The notes: generated by a model from the sequence alone, not told the origin. Shown: positions 15,582-23,491, counted from the stretch's first letter. The stretch: 32,000 nt of DNA from Opitutales bacterium (GCA_046881885.1 JBKSMP010000024.1:90001-122000); one strand, 5' to 3'. Program-made: numbers and translations.

Positions 15582-17063
15582 TCAATAAGCCGTTGCAAAA
15601 ACCGCAAGTGGGCAATTTGTTTTTTGTGTAAACAAACAAGTACCACGCTCGGATGCAAAAGATTGTGGAAGACAGCGTACCGTAACCTTTAATTCTTCTT
15701 TAATTTTTGCTTCAACAGCTGGATCTTCCGACCAATAAGCAAGCGCAAACCCTCCCTCATTCTTAAAGAATTTATAAAATTCCTCCACCGATTCCGTACG
15801 CTTAAGCGAAGCCTGTAAGCGCTGAGAAGCTTTTTGGAATAAACGCTGCTGCATCTGTTCCAAATTTTGTGCAAATTGAGCAACAAAAGCCTCTTGTTGT
15901 ACGGTTTGTTTCTTCAAATCGTCACGCCAAGAAAACGTAAGCGTACGATTTTGAACTTCCGATGGTCCTACTTCAATCAAACAACACGCACCTTTTTTAA
16001 TCCATTGCCAACGTTTTTCACCGCCACGCAAATCACGCTTATCGAGCTCTACTGAAACAGTCCCAAAGGCATTCTGGACACACAACTGCTGTTTTAATTC
16101 TGCACAATAAGCTTCAATCGATGCACGCTGAGCTTCGTCGTGAATAATCGGCAAAATAACCGCATGCGTATTGGCAATTCGAGGCGGCAAAACCAAACCG
16201 TCATCATCGGAATGCGTCATAATGAGCGCACCAATAAGACGCGTTGTAACCCCCCAAGAAGTCGTCCAGGCGTACTTTGTTTCGCCATCGGCATCCACAA
16301 ATTGAATGTTCATGGCTTTGGAGAAATTTTGTCCTAAAAAGTGCGATGTTCCCAATTGCAAAGCTTTTCGATCCTGCATCATAGCCTCTAAGGTATACGT
16401 AGAAAGCGCACCTGGGAAACGTTCGCTAGCGGTTTTTTCTCCTACAATCACGGGAATAGCCAATACGTCCTCAGCTAATTTCCGATAAACCTCCAACATA
16501 CGCAAGGTTTCTTCACGTGCTTCCACCTCGGTCGCATGAGCCGTATGCCCTTCTTGCCACAAAAACTCCGAAGTACGCAAAAACAAACGTGTACGCATTT
16601 CCCAACGCACGACATTGGCCCATTGATTAATCAAAAGAGGCAAATCGCGGTAAGATTGAATCCAGCGCGAAAAGGCTTCTCCGATGATGGTTTCAGAAGT
16701 CGGACGAACAATTAGCGGCTCTTCCAAAGGGGATTGAGGAACAAGACGGCCCTCATCATTGGCTTTCAAACGTGAATGAGTAACGACAGCACATTCCTTT
16801 GCAAATCCTTCCACATGTTTGGCTTCTTTTTCCAGAAAACTAACGGGAATAAAGAGTGGGAAATACGCATTTTTCACACCTAATGCCTTAAATTCCGAAT
16901 CCAAGGTTTGCTGCAAACTTTCCCAAATTTGATACCCATAAGGCTTTAGAATCATGCAACCTCTTACAGGGGAATGTTCCGCTAAATCAGCAACTTTAAT
17001 AACCTGCTGATACCATTCGGAATAATTTTCTGCACGTGTAGGACTCACTCCGGTCTTCTTCAT
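15582..17063 (-). CDS. proS: proline--tRNA ligase, archaeal/eukaryote-like type (no INS editing domain)
   Basis: 493 aa. N-terminus ...FSEWYQQVIKVADLAE.SPVRGCMILKPYGYQIWE, class II motifs (FRTSEFLWQEGHTAH; GTSHFLGQNFSKA) and a C-terminal Zn-binding-type domain ending in ...ATAY. Length and layout fit the type without the bacterial insertion domain. Confidence 0.93.
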   Translation of the reverse strand: MKKTGVSPTRAENYSEWYQQVIKVADLAEHSPVRGCMILKPYGYQIWESLQQTLDSEFKALGVKNAYFPLFIPVSFLEKEAKHVEGFAKECAVVTHSRLKANDEGRLVPQSPLEEPLIVRPTSETIIGEAFSRWIQSYRDLPLLINQWANVVRWEMRTRLFLRTSEFLWQEGHTAHATEVEAREETLRMLEVYRKLAEDVLAIPVIVGEKTASERFPGALSTYTLEAMMQDRKALQLGTSHFLGQNFSKAMNIQFVDADGETKYAWTTSWGVTTRLIGALIMTHSDDDGLVLPPRIANTHAVILPIIHDEAQRASIEAYCAELKQQLCVQNAFGTVSVELDKRDLRGGEKRWQWIKKGACCLIEVGPSEVQNRTLTFSWRDDLKKQTVQQEAFVAQFAQNLEQMQQRLFQKASQRLQASLKRTESVEEFYKFFKNEGGFALAYWSEDPAVEAKIKEELKVTVRCLPQSFASERGTCLFTQKTNCPLAVFATAY

Positions 17064-17110
17064 AATCCATTATCCAAGCGACTTCTTTACAGTTTTGCAA
17101 TCTTCTTCTA

Positions 17111-17148
17111 CAAAAATATCAAAGCCCCACAAATAGTATCTGCAGGGC
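17111..17148 (-). terminator. probable intrinsic terminator of the OMP gene
   Basis: On the minus strand, 25 nt after the stop: GCCCTGCA-GATACTATT-TGTGGGGC (8 pairs including two G-U wobbles), followed by the T-rich TTTGATATTTTTG. Confidence 0.4.
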
Positions 17149-17172
17149 CCTTTCTAGATTTAAAGTAAAAAC

Positions 17173-17823
17173 TTAAAATTGATAACGCAAACCAAACTCG
17201 AGCGAATGCATATACGGCGTCTTGAGCGGCTTGATATCAGCATTAAAATCTTTATGCGCAAAGGTTACGGTTTCTGTCTTCATGCAACGATACCCCATGG
17301 TCAACATCCAATTAGAACTGATTTCATAGGATACACCTGCCATAAGCTGACCAGCAAACGCATATTTGACTAAATCGTAGTTTGCATTAAACATAGCATT
17401 TTCATAAAAATGATACTTCAATCGTACAAGACCACAGCCAGCACCGACATAAAAAGAAACCTGATCTTGCAATTTAAAATCATAATATACATTCAACATG
17501 GAAGACAAAGCTGTAAAACGTGCATTTTGACAATCATCACCACCATGATTAAAAATCGTAGCATAATGCTTTGCCGCACGATCTTTCACTTCTTTATTTT
17601 CGTATTGAATAATACCCAACTGAAATCCCAAACGCCAATTATCATATTGGATACCAATTTCGCCATTCAAAAGCGGTGCGCTTTTGTAAGAAACCCCATC
17701 CTTTTTCTGAGGAACACAATAGCCTGCTTTTAATTCAACATACTTACGAAAGGCATTATCTGCATGCAAACAACTCGCACAAACACCTACGAACAACCCA
17801 ATTACTTTTGTACTTACTTTCAT
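17173..17823 (-). CDS. small outer-membrane beta-barrel protein (OMP_b-brl / Opa-Omp25-Msp4-like)
   Basis: 216 aa with a signal peptide (MKVSTKVIGLFVGVCASCLHA). Shows alternating amphipathic strands (YVGAGCGLVRLKY, AFAGQLMAGVSYEIS, WMLTMGYRCM) and a C-terminal ...LEFGLRYQF with terminal Phe, the usual BAM recognition signature. Confidence 0.75.
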   Translation of the reverse strand: MKVSTKVIGLFVGVCASCLHADNAFRKYVELKAGYCVPQKKDGVSYKSAPLLNGEIGIQYDNWRLGFQLGIIQYENKEVKDRAAKHYATIFNHGGDDCQNARFTALSSMLNVYYDFKLQDQVSFYVGAGCGLVRLKYHFYENAMFNANYDLVKYAFAGQLMAGVSYEISSNWMLTMGYRCMKTETVTFAHKDFNADIKPLKTPYMHSLEFGLRYQF

Positions 17824-17920
17824 TTAAAAAAATATTCTCAGATAAGAATCACACAACAAACAGCACAAAGTCAAGCCATCATTACATGAATTTTATTCAA
17901 TTTCACCTAAAATCAAAAAT

Positions 17921-18008
17921 TCCGAACACAAACAGCAGGCCGCCTAATGGAAACTGCCCGACCTCACAATCGGGCAGTAATGTTTTTTTGTCAAATCTTT
18001 TATTTATT
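17921..18008. repeat. copy A of an 88-nt duplicated 3'-end element (last codons + stop + hairpin 17954-17977)
   Basis: tccgaacacaaacagcaggccgcctaatg...ctgcccga-cctcacaa-tcgggcag...ttttttgtcaaat.ttttatttatt. Differs from copy B at 8 of 88 positions by hand alignment. GC-rich 8-bp stem. Confidence 0.85.
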
Positions 18009-18671
18009 ACTTTGCTCAGACATAAGCACATCAAAATCAGATTGTAACCTTGGAGGTATTTGATTTCGATTCGTGTATAATTGACTTGGTGTAATTTTAT
18101 TTGCTCTTATTAATCTAGTAGCTGCATTTTTTTTCCCAGGTGTCGCCGTTCTTTGTATATAATCAAAAATCTGCTGACCAGTAACCCCCTTAGGCTTTCT
18201 TGCTTCTTTTTCACGGCGTCTTTGCTCCTCTGCTTGTGCCGCCTTGCATACTTTACAGGTTTGCCCCATATCCAAAACTTGAACAAGATCACATAAAATT
18301 GTTACTTCCGATAACAAACGATCGCATTTTTCCAACAAAGCGCGATAAACCCTATCCGCATTCAACGGATCCACTTCTAACGTACCCGTATCGGTCGTCC
18401 TAACAGCCAATTCCTGCTTCAAAGTCCGACAATGGTGACGATTCCTTACACCTCGTAAGCGCTGGGCCTCTAGCTCATGCTCCTGTACAAACGCCTCCTC
18501 TACATCACTATCCCAATTATCAACTTCAAATTCATCTAAACGCAATTTCAAAGTTTCCACAGGGCATTGGCCGATCTTGTGATCCATCCCACAAACGTCA
18601 CAAAAATCTCCCCACAAAAGCCCTTGCAAACCCAAACCTAAACCGATACATTTGAACACACTACTCTTCAT
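18000..18671 (-). CDS. hypothetical protein, small paralog carrying the shared C-terminal KPKG-TGQQ module
   Basis: The track ORF starts at a TTG at 18698. The ATG at 18671 is preceded by AAGGAAA and gives 223 aa (MKSSVFKCIGLGLGLQGLLWG...). Two CxxC motifs (CDVC...C, CKVC). The C-terminus AEEQRRREKEARKPKGVTGQQIFDYIQRTATPGKKNAATRLIRANKITPSQLY... aligns with the end of the 797-aa neighbour. Confidence 0.6.
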   Translation of the reverse strand: MKSSVFKCIGLGLGLQGLLWGDFCDVCGMDHKIGQCPVETLKLRLDEFEVDNWDSDVEEAFVQEHELEAQRLRGVRNRHHCRTLKQELAVRTTDTGTLEVDPLNADRVYRALLEKCDRLLSEVTILCDLVQVLDMGQTCKVCKAAQAEEQRRREKEARKPKGVTGQQIFDYIQRTATPGKKNAATRLIRANKITPSQLYTNRNQIPPRLQSDFDVLMSEQSNK

Positions 18672-18706
18672 ATTATCATTTTCCTTTCTTTTAATCAAAC
18701 AAACGC

Positions 18707-18794
18707 TCCGAACACAAACAGCAGGCCGCCTAATGCAAACTGCCCGACTTGATAGTCGGGCAGCAATGGTTTTTTGTCAAATTTTTTATTTATT
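18707..18794. repeat. copy B of the 88-nt duplicated 3'-end element (hairpin 18740-18763)
   Basis: Same sequence as 17921-18008 apart from 8 substitutions, 4 of them in the unpaired centre of the hairpin: 3 in the 6 central loop positions and 1 (a to g) beside the stem. ctgcccgac-ttgata-gtcgggcag gives a 9-bp stem. On the minus strand it is preceded by an A-tract and followed by TTTGCATT. Confidence 0.85.
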
Positions 18795-21179
18795 TTCTTT
18801 TTCTAAACTCTTAAAAGCTTCATGAAAAAATGGATCTAGTTGACTCAAACTTAAATAAGTTGTACCAGGCTGTATTCTTTGGGCTCGCACCGCTCGATTG
18901 GCAAGCATACTTTTTTTAGGCGTACCATGCTGCACGACATAATTTACCAGTTGTTGTCCCGTAAACCCCTTAGGCTTTCTAGCTTCTTCTTCACGGCGTC
19001 TTTGCTCCTCTGCTGCAAGACGTCTACGTTCTGCCTCTTCGCGCTCAAGACGTTCTCTCTCCAGGCGCTGCTGTTCCGCCAACTTCCGCTGTTCTTCTTC
19101 TCTGCGCTTACGCTCCTCCTCGGCTTTCCTTTTCTGCTCTGCCTCTTCCTTAGCTTTACGTTCCGCTTCTTTTTGCTGTCGGCTAAGCTCCGCTTGACGT
19201 TTTTGTTCTGCCTCTAATCTTTCGTTTTCCTCTTCCAATAAAAGCTCTACCCCTCGAACCATATCCATATCCAGCTCTGCCACATCTGATTCCCGCTGCT
19301 TTAGCAACACATCCATCGACGCTTCTATTCTTTGCTGATTAACAATATTTTTCGATCTTTGCTTTAAAAACATATACTTTTCATCCAACTTACCGTAAAT
19401 CGCCTTCTTTTTCCTCTGAAAATGACTTACATCCAACAATTCAAAACATTCTTTCTTCTCATTGTAATCTAAAAACATCGGCTCTGGAAACCGACATTCC
19501 TGCCGAGACACAAAATTCTGAAGCGCTTTAAACAAAAGCTCATCTGTAGCAAAAACATACACTTTAATTTCTAATTGTTGCTTTTGATTTTCTGGACTGA
19601 TCGAATCTTTAATACAAAGAAACTTATCTCCTATCCCTGATCGACCTAAAGAATAATTTGTCAAAACATGCTGCACCTCTGCATTTTTTTCTTTCAAACA
19701 AGATTTCCACAACAAACCATAAAATATATTTTTTAAACTACGCGGACTAAGATACAAAGCTATTGATTTTTCATCTTTTTTGCCGTTTTCAAGAAACTTC
19801 TGCCCCGTTGCTTGACATAAATCTTCACTAATTAACGCATTAAAAGAAGGTTTTAATACTTTACTATTTAAAACACAGGAAGCATTTAACTGCTGCAACA
19901 TAGACACTTTAATTTCCTTTAAAAAATAAAATTTATTATCTTCTATTTGCGGATATAAAGAAATCTCTTCTTCCTTTCCATTATCCCAAAAAATTGATTT
20001 TTTATTGTAAAGACATACAGAAAAAGCTGTTAAATCAACATTCTTATTTTCCATACTTTCCAAGGACAAAAAACAACTTTCCAAGGACAAAAAACAATAT
20101 ATCTCTGGAATAACCACCTTACCTTCTCTTTTTTCTGCAGAAAAGAAAATAAATTTATTTAACGAACCATCGTTCAAAGAAGGAAACCGATCTAAATAAG
20201 TAGAAGCTGATTGTAAAAGCTTCAATTTTTTTTCCCCCCCAAAAAAATGTTGTAAAGCAAAAGCACAAGCCTTTTTATTTGCATAGATATCTTTATCCAA
20301 TTTATCAAAAGAATCAATTTCTTCCTTTGGGCTCAGCTCAACACGATGCGAATCATTTAATAATTCATAAAAACATTCCTTCAATTTGGATTTGTAACCT
20401 TCCGGAAAAATTCTCAATATACCCTGCAAAGGATCTTTAAATTTACAATAAAAATTTTTAATGGAAAGTTCATCAAATTGTTGCATATAAAAAACTAACA
20501 AATTTTTCAATATTTGTTGTAAGGGAAGCAAAACACCTAACTGATTACTTAAGTTTTCTACCGCTATTAAACTAATAAGTACATTTATACAATTTTTGTA
20601 AACTTGATCATTCGCAAAATCATCTACATCTTCGTTTACAAACAATCTAAAACAATGCTTTGCTAAATTTTCATTAAATTCTTCATTTTTACTTAAACTT
20701 ACAATTTCTGCCTTATGTTTTTTTATAAAATCTTTAAACAAATCCTCTTTTTTCTTATAAAATGTACTTTTAATTAAAGTCTTGCCTTCTGCATCTAAAA
20801 CGTCACTAAAATTGTAAAAATAGCTTTCATCAAAATTCAAAGTTGCTGACTGAACACTAAGATGCTGTATATTATACACTAAAAACCTAGCCAAAACCTT
20901 TTGAAGATTTGCTAAAATTTCATATTCTAATGCATCTGTTTTTCCTCTTTCTAAAATCTGTTTTATCTCCTTTGCTGTTTGAGAATAACGATCTTCTTCA
21001 TCTTGCAAACCAAACAAAGAAAAACAATTCTTAATATCATCTTCTCGAAAACTCTTTTTTTTACTCAAATCTTTTATTGTTTGTATATTTTTCTCATTCA
21101 AAAGACGATCCGCCTTTACCGCGCTTAACGAAAAAGCAATAAAAACAAAACACTTAACAATACTATAAATTTTATGCAT
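18786..21179 (-). CDS. hypothetical large secreted protein: AT-rich N-terminal region, E/R/K-rich helical tract, shared C-terminal module
   Basis: 797-aa uninterrupted ORF with an ATG start. Signal peptide MHKIYSIVKCFVFIAFSLSAVKA. About 90 aa of EAEQKRQAELSRQQKEAERKAKEEAEQKRKAEEERKRREEEQRKLAEQQRLERERLEREEAERRRLAAEEQRRREEE. Then ARKPKGFTGQQLVNYVVQHGTPKKSMLANRAVRAQRIQPGTTY... No family recognised. Confidence 0.7.
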   Translation of the reverse strand: MHKIYSIVKCFVFIAFSLSAVKADRLLNEKNIQTIKDLSKKKSFREDDIKNCFSLFGLQDEEDRYSQTAKEIKQILERGKTDALEYEILANLQKVLARFLVYNIQHLSVQSATLNFDESYFYNFSDVLDAEGKTLIKSTFYKKKEDLFKDFIKKHKAEIVSLSKNEEFNENLAKHCFRLFVNEDVDDFANDQVYKNCINVLISLIAVENLSNQLGVLLPLQQILKNLLVFYMQQFDELSIKNFYCKFKDPLQGILRIFPEGYKSKLKECFYELLNDSHRVELSPKEEIDSFDKLDKDIYANKKACAFALQHFFGGEKKLKLLQSASTYLDRFPSLNDGSLNKFIFFSAEKREGKVVIPEIYCFLSLESCFLSLESMENKNVDLTAFSVCLYNKKSIFWDNGKEEEISLYPQIEDNKFYFLKEIKVSMLQQLNASCVLNSKVLKPSFNALISEDLCQATGQKFLENGKKDEKSIALYLSPRSLKNIFYGLLWKSCLKEKNAEVQHVLTNYSLGRSGIGDKFLCIKDSISPENQKQQLEIKVYVFATDELLFKALQNFVSRQECRFPEPMFLDYNEKKECFELLDVSHFQRKKKAIYGKLDEKYMFLKQRSKNIVNQQRIEASMDVLLKQRESDVAELDMDMVRGVELLLEEENERLEAEQKRQAELSRQQKEAERKAKEEAEQKRKAEEERKRREEEQRKLAEQQRLERERLEREEAERRRLAAEEQRRREEEARKPKGFTGQQLVNYVVQHGTPKKSMLANRAVRAQRIQPGTTYLSLSQLDPFFHEAFKSLEKENK
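20056..20097. repeat. perfect 21-bp tandem duplication inside the 797-aa CDS
   Basis: ctttccaaggacaaaaaacaa occurs at 20056-20076 and is repeated exactly at 20077-20097. It is in frame and gives ...CFLSLESCFLSLES... in the protein. Confidence 0.95.
20226..20247. repeat. composite homopolymer tract T8-C7-A7 (coding sense T7-G7-A8) inside the 797-aa CDS
   Basis: Plus strand tttttttt ccccccc aaaaaaa at 20226-20247, encoding HFFGGEKKL. A 7-nt G/C run is conspicuous in a gene that is about 20-25% GC around it. Confidence 0.9.
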
Positions 21180-21268
21180 GGAACAAAAGTGATTCCCAAA
21201 CTACTAAATGTCAACACAATTTAACAAAAAATAATACCTACACTTATCCCAAAATTAATTTTACCAAA

Positions 21269-22597
21269 TCAAACCCAATCAAAAATAATCGCAAACAATG
21301 CAAAAAGGAACAAAGGAATATTATAATGTAAAAACGTTGGAACACAGGTATCTTTGACATGATCATGTTGACCATCGACATTAAGACCGGCAGTAGGACC
21401 AAGTGTGGTATCCGATACAGGCGCTCCAGCATCACCCAAGGCTGCTGCGGCAGTTACCAGCATAATAATTTGAGGACCCGTAAAATTTAAACCCAAACAA
21501 ACCGGAACAAATACGGTCGCAATAATAGGAATTGTTCCAAAAGAAGATCCGATACCCATAGTTATAATAAGGCCAACACAAAGAATACAAAAAGCACATA
21601 TGCCTTTATTCGCCGGCAATAACTGCAGTAAATCACTCGCAAGCGTTTGTATACAACCCGTCTCTTTCAAAACATTTGCAAAACCTGCTGCAGCCAACAT
21701 TACAAAAGCCACAAAACCCATCATATAAATCCCTTCATACATGAGCTGATCCAAAGCCTTCTTTTCAACCACTTTTAAAACAAATAACACACTTAAGCCA
21801 ACAATAGCACCTAGAGGCAATGAATGAAAAACAAGCTGAATTACAAAAGTAAGAACCATAGCTCCTATCATAATCCATTGTTGTCGCTTACTCAAAGAAG
21901 GTTTTTTAGGCTTATCTTCTACTATCGCTACAGAATTAGATTCACTATAGATACGGGGTTTTTTATAAGAAAATAAAAGCGCCCAAACCAGACCTACAAC
22001 AAAAGAAAAACCTAAAAGCAAAAAAGGAAGTTGAGCATCATGAAAACACACACATACACCATTTTGATTAATATTATCTAAAACCAAGCCCTGAAAAATA
22101 ATTCCAAAACCTACCGGAAAAGCAACATAAGGCATCGTTAAACCGAATGCTAAAATACAAGCAACCGCCCGACGGTCTATCCGGAGTTTATTCATTGTCT
22201 TTAAAAGAGGCGGTATAACCATAGGAATAAATGCAATATGAATGGGAACCAATGTTTGAGACGCCATCGCCATAAGCATTAAAAACAGGTAAAGCAACGA
22301 TTTTTTGCCTTTTGTAAGCAGCGTAATTTTTTCCGACAAAAGACTAGCACAACCAGTATGAATCATAGTAGCCGCAAAAGCACCCAACAGGATATAACTT
22401 AAAGCCGTTTCGCAATTATCCCCCATGCCACCTATAAAGGTATCCATAATCACCTTAAAGGGCATTTGGACACATAAGCCAGCTATCAATGCCGAAAGAA
22501 TAAGAGCCAACAAAACATTAACCTTCTTTAAACAAAGTAGATACAATACACAAACCGAAACAACAACTGGATTTAAAATCAGCTTTAACATAAGCAC
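21269..22597 (-). CDS. polytopic membrane transporter, Na+/H+ antiporter NhaC-like / YuiF-type family
   Basis: 442 aa, hydrophobic throughout (more than 10 predicted helices). The N-terminal pattern ...LLALILSALIAGL...IMDTFIGGMGDNCETALSYILLGAFAATMIHTG... matches my recollection of the Na_H_antiporter (NhaC/YuiF) family. The track start 22597 is GTG; an ATG two codons in (22591) is an alternative. Confidence 0.65.
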   Translation of the reverse strand: MLMLKLILNPVVVSVCVLYLLCLKKVNVLLALILSALIAGLCVQMPFKVIMDTFIGGMGDNCETALSYILLGAFAATMIHTGCASLLSEKITLLTKGKKSLLYLFLMLMAMASQTLVPIHIAFIPMVIPPLLKTMNKLRIDRRAVACILAFGLTMPYVAFPVGFGIIFQGLVLDNINQNGVCVCFHDAQLPFLLLGFSFVVGLVWALLFSYKKPRIYSESNSVAIVEDKPKKPSLSKRQQWIMIGAMVLTFVIQLVFHSLPLGAIVGLSVLFVLKVVEKKALDQLMYEGIYMMGFVAFVMLAAAGFANVLKETGCIQTLASDLLQLLPANKGICAFCILCVGLIITMGIGSSFGTIPIIATVFVPVCLGLNFTGPQIIMLVTAAAALGDAGAPVSDTTLGPTAGLNVDGQHDHVKDTCVPTFLHYNIPLFLFALFAIIFDWV

Positions 22598-22724
22598 TTA
22601 AACGCTTGTAAAAAATTTTTTAAATCCGCAATAAAAATATGAAAAACAGGACTTCCCATTAAACACTAATTAAAAGAAAAATAAAAAGAAAAATCAAGCT
22701 GAGCAATAGGCCCCATCGTTTAAC

Positions 22725-22811
22725 TGGTGGTGGGGGAGCGATTCGAACGCTCGAAAGGGAAACCCTGACAGATTTACAGTCTGCATCCTTTAGCCACTTG
22801 GATACCCCACC
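22725..22811 (-). tRNA. tRNA-Tyr (anticodon GUA), long variable arm, CCA encoded
   Basis: Reverse complement reads GGTGGGGTATCCAAGTGGCTAAAGGATGCAGACTGTAAATCTGTCAGGGTTTCCCTTTCGAGCGTTCGAATCGCTCCCCCACCACCA. Acceptor GGTGGGG/CCCCACC, anticodon loop CTGTAAA (GTA), class II variable arm and a GTTCGAAT T-loop. Confidence 0.9.
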
Positions 22812-22914
22812 ACTGTGATTATTAAATGTAAGTGTTTTTTTTTACTTGCCAAGAACTTTTTTGAAAAAATTTAATACATTGACTTCAAAACAAGTTTTAG
22901 ACAATTCTAATACC

Positions 22915-23352
22915 ATGCAAATTGAAACGTTCAATGAACACAGTATTTATAAAATAGCAGACGTAAACCCTATCCTAGAAGCGCTAGAATCCTACATACC
23001 TATCGGTTATACAGAAATCTCAATCGCCTTTGTAACAGAACAAACAATCTGTGATCTACATGAACGTTTTTTGCAAAATCCAGATCCAACAGACGTTATT
23101 ACCTTTCCTGCAAGCGATGAAGATGTAGAAAAAGTTGGCGAAATTTGCATCTCTGTTGATGAAGCCTTAAAATATTGCAACGAAAATAATTCCCTTGAAG
23201 AAGAGTTAACGCTCTATCTAGTTCATGGTTGGTTACATTTAGCGCATTATGATGATATCCAAGAAGAAGATCGTTCGCTTATGCGTCAAAAAGAGAAAGA
23301 AGCTCTAGCATTCCTTAAAACACAAAAAATCTCAAGGCTTATTCTTCTTTAA
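22915..23352 (+). CDS. ybeY: endoribonuclease YbeY (rRNA maturation factor)
   Basis: The track ORF starts at a non-ATG codon at 22846. The ATG at 22915 gives 145 aa, the usual YbeY size. Motifs DVITFP and LVHGWLHLAHYDD (YbeY zinc motif HGxLHLxGYDH with a variant third ligand position). Confidence 0.85.
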   Translation: MQIETFNEHSIYKIADVNPILEALESYIPIGYTEISIAFVTEQTICDLHERFLQNPDPTDVITFPASDEDVEKVGEICISVDEALKYCNENNSLEEELTLYLVHGWLHLAHYDDIQEEDRSLMRQKEKEALAFLKTQKISRLILL

Positions 23353-23491
23353 AATCCCTACATTTGCTAGCTTTACTAATAAAGTTACAATTCCTCCACT
23401 TTGAGCATTGACTTTTATAAAAAAAGGAGGTCTTATTATAGTAGAGCTATTTTGTTAGCAGTTTTTCATTTTCCTATAGTCAATTAATTTT

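Noticed and set aside
18879-19217. 112-aa plus-strand ORF rich in L/F/S opposite the E/R/K tract
   Set aside because: It is the mirror image of a low-complexity GAA/CGN/AAG-rich coding region. An open antisense frame is expected there by composition.
23409-23445. Possible rho promoter TTGACT ... TATTAT, with an AAGGAGG just upstream of the -10
   Set aside because: The spacer is 19-20 nt by my count, too long for a confident sigma-70 call. No start codon follows the SD-like AGGAGG at a sensible distance.
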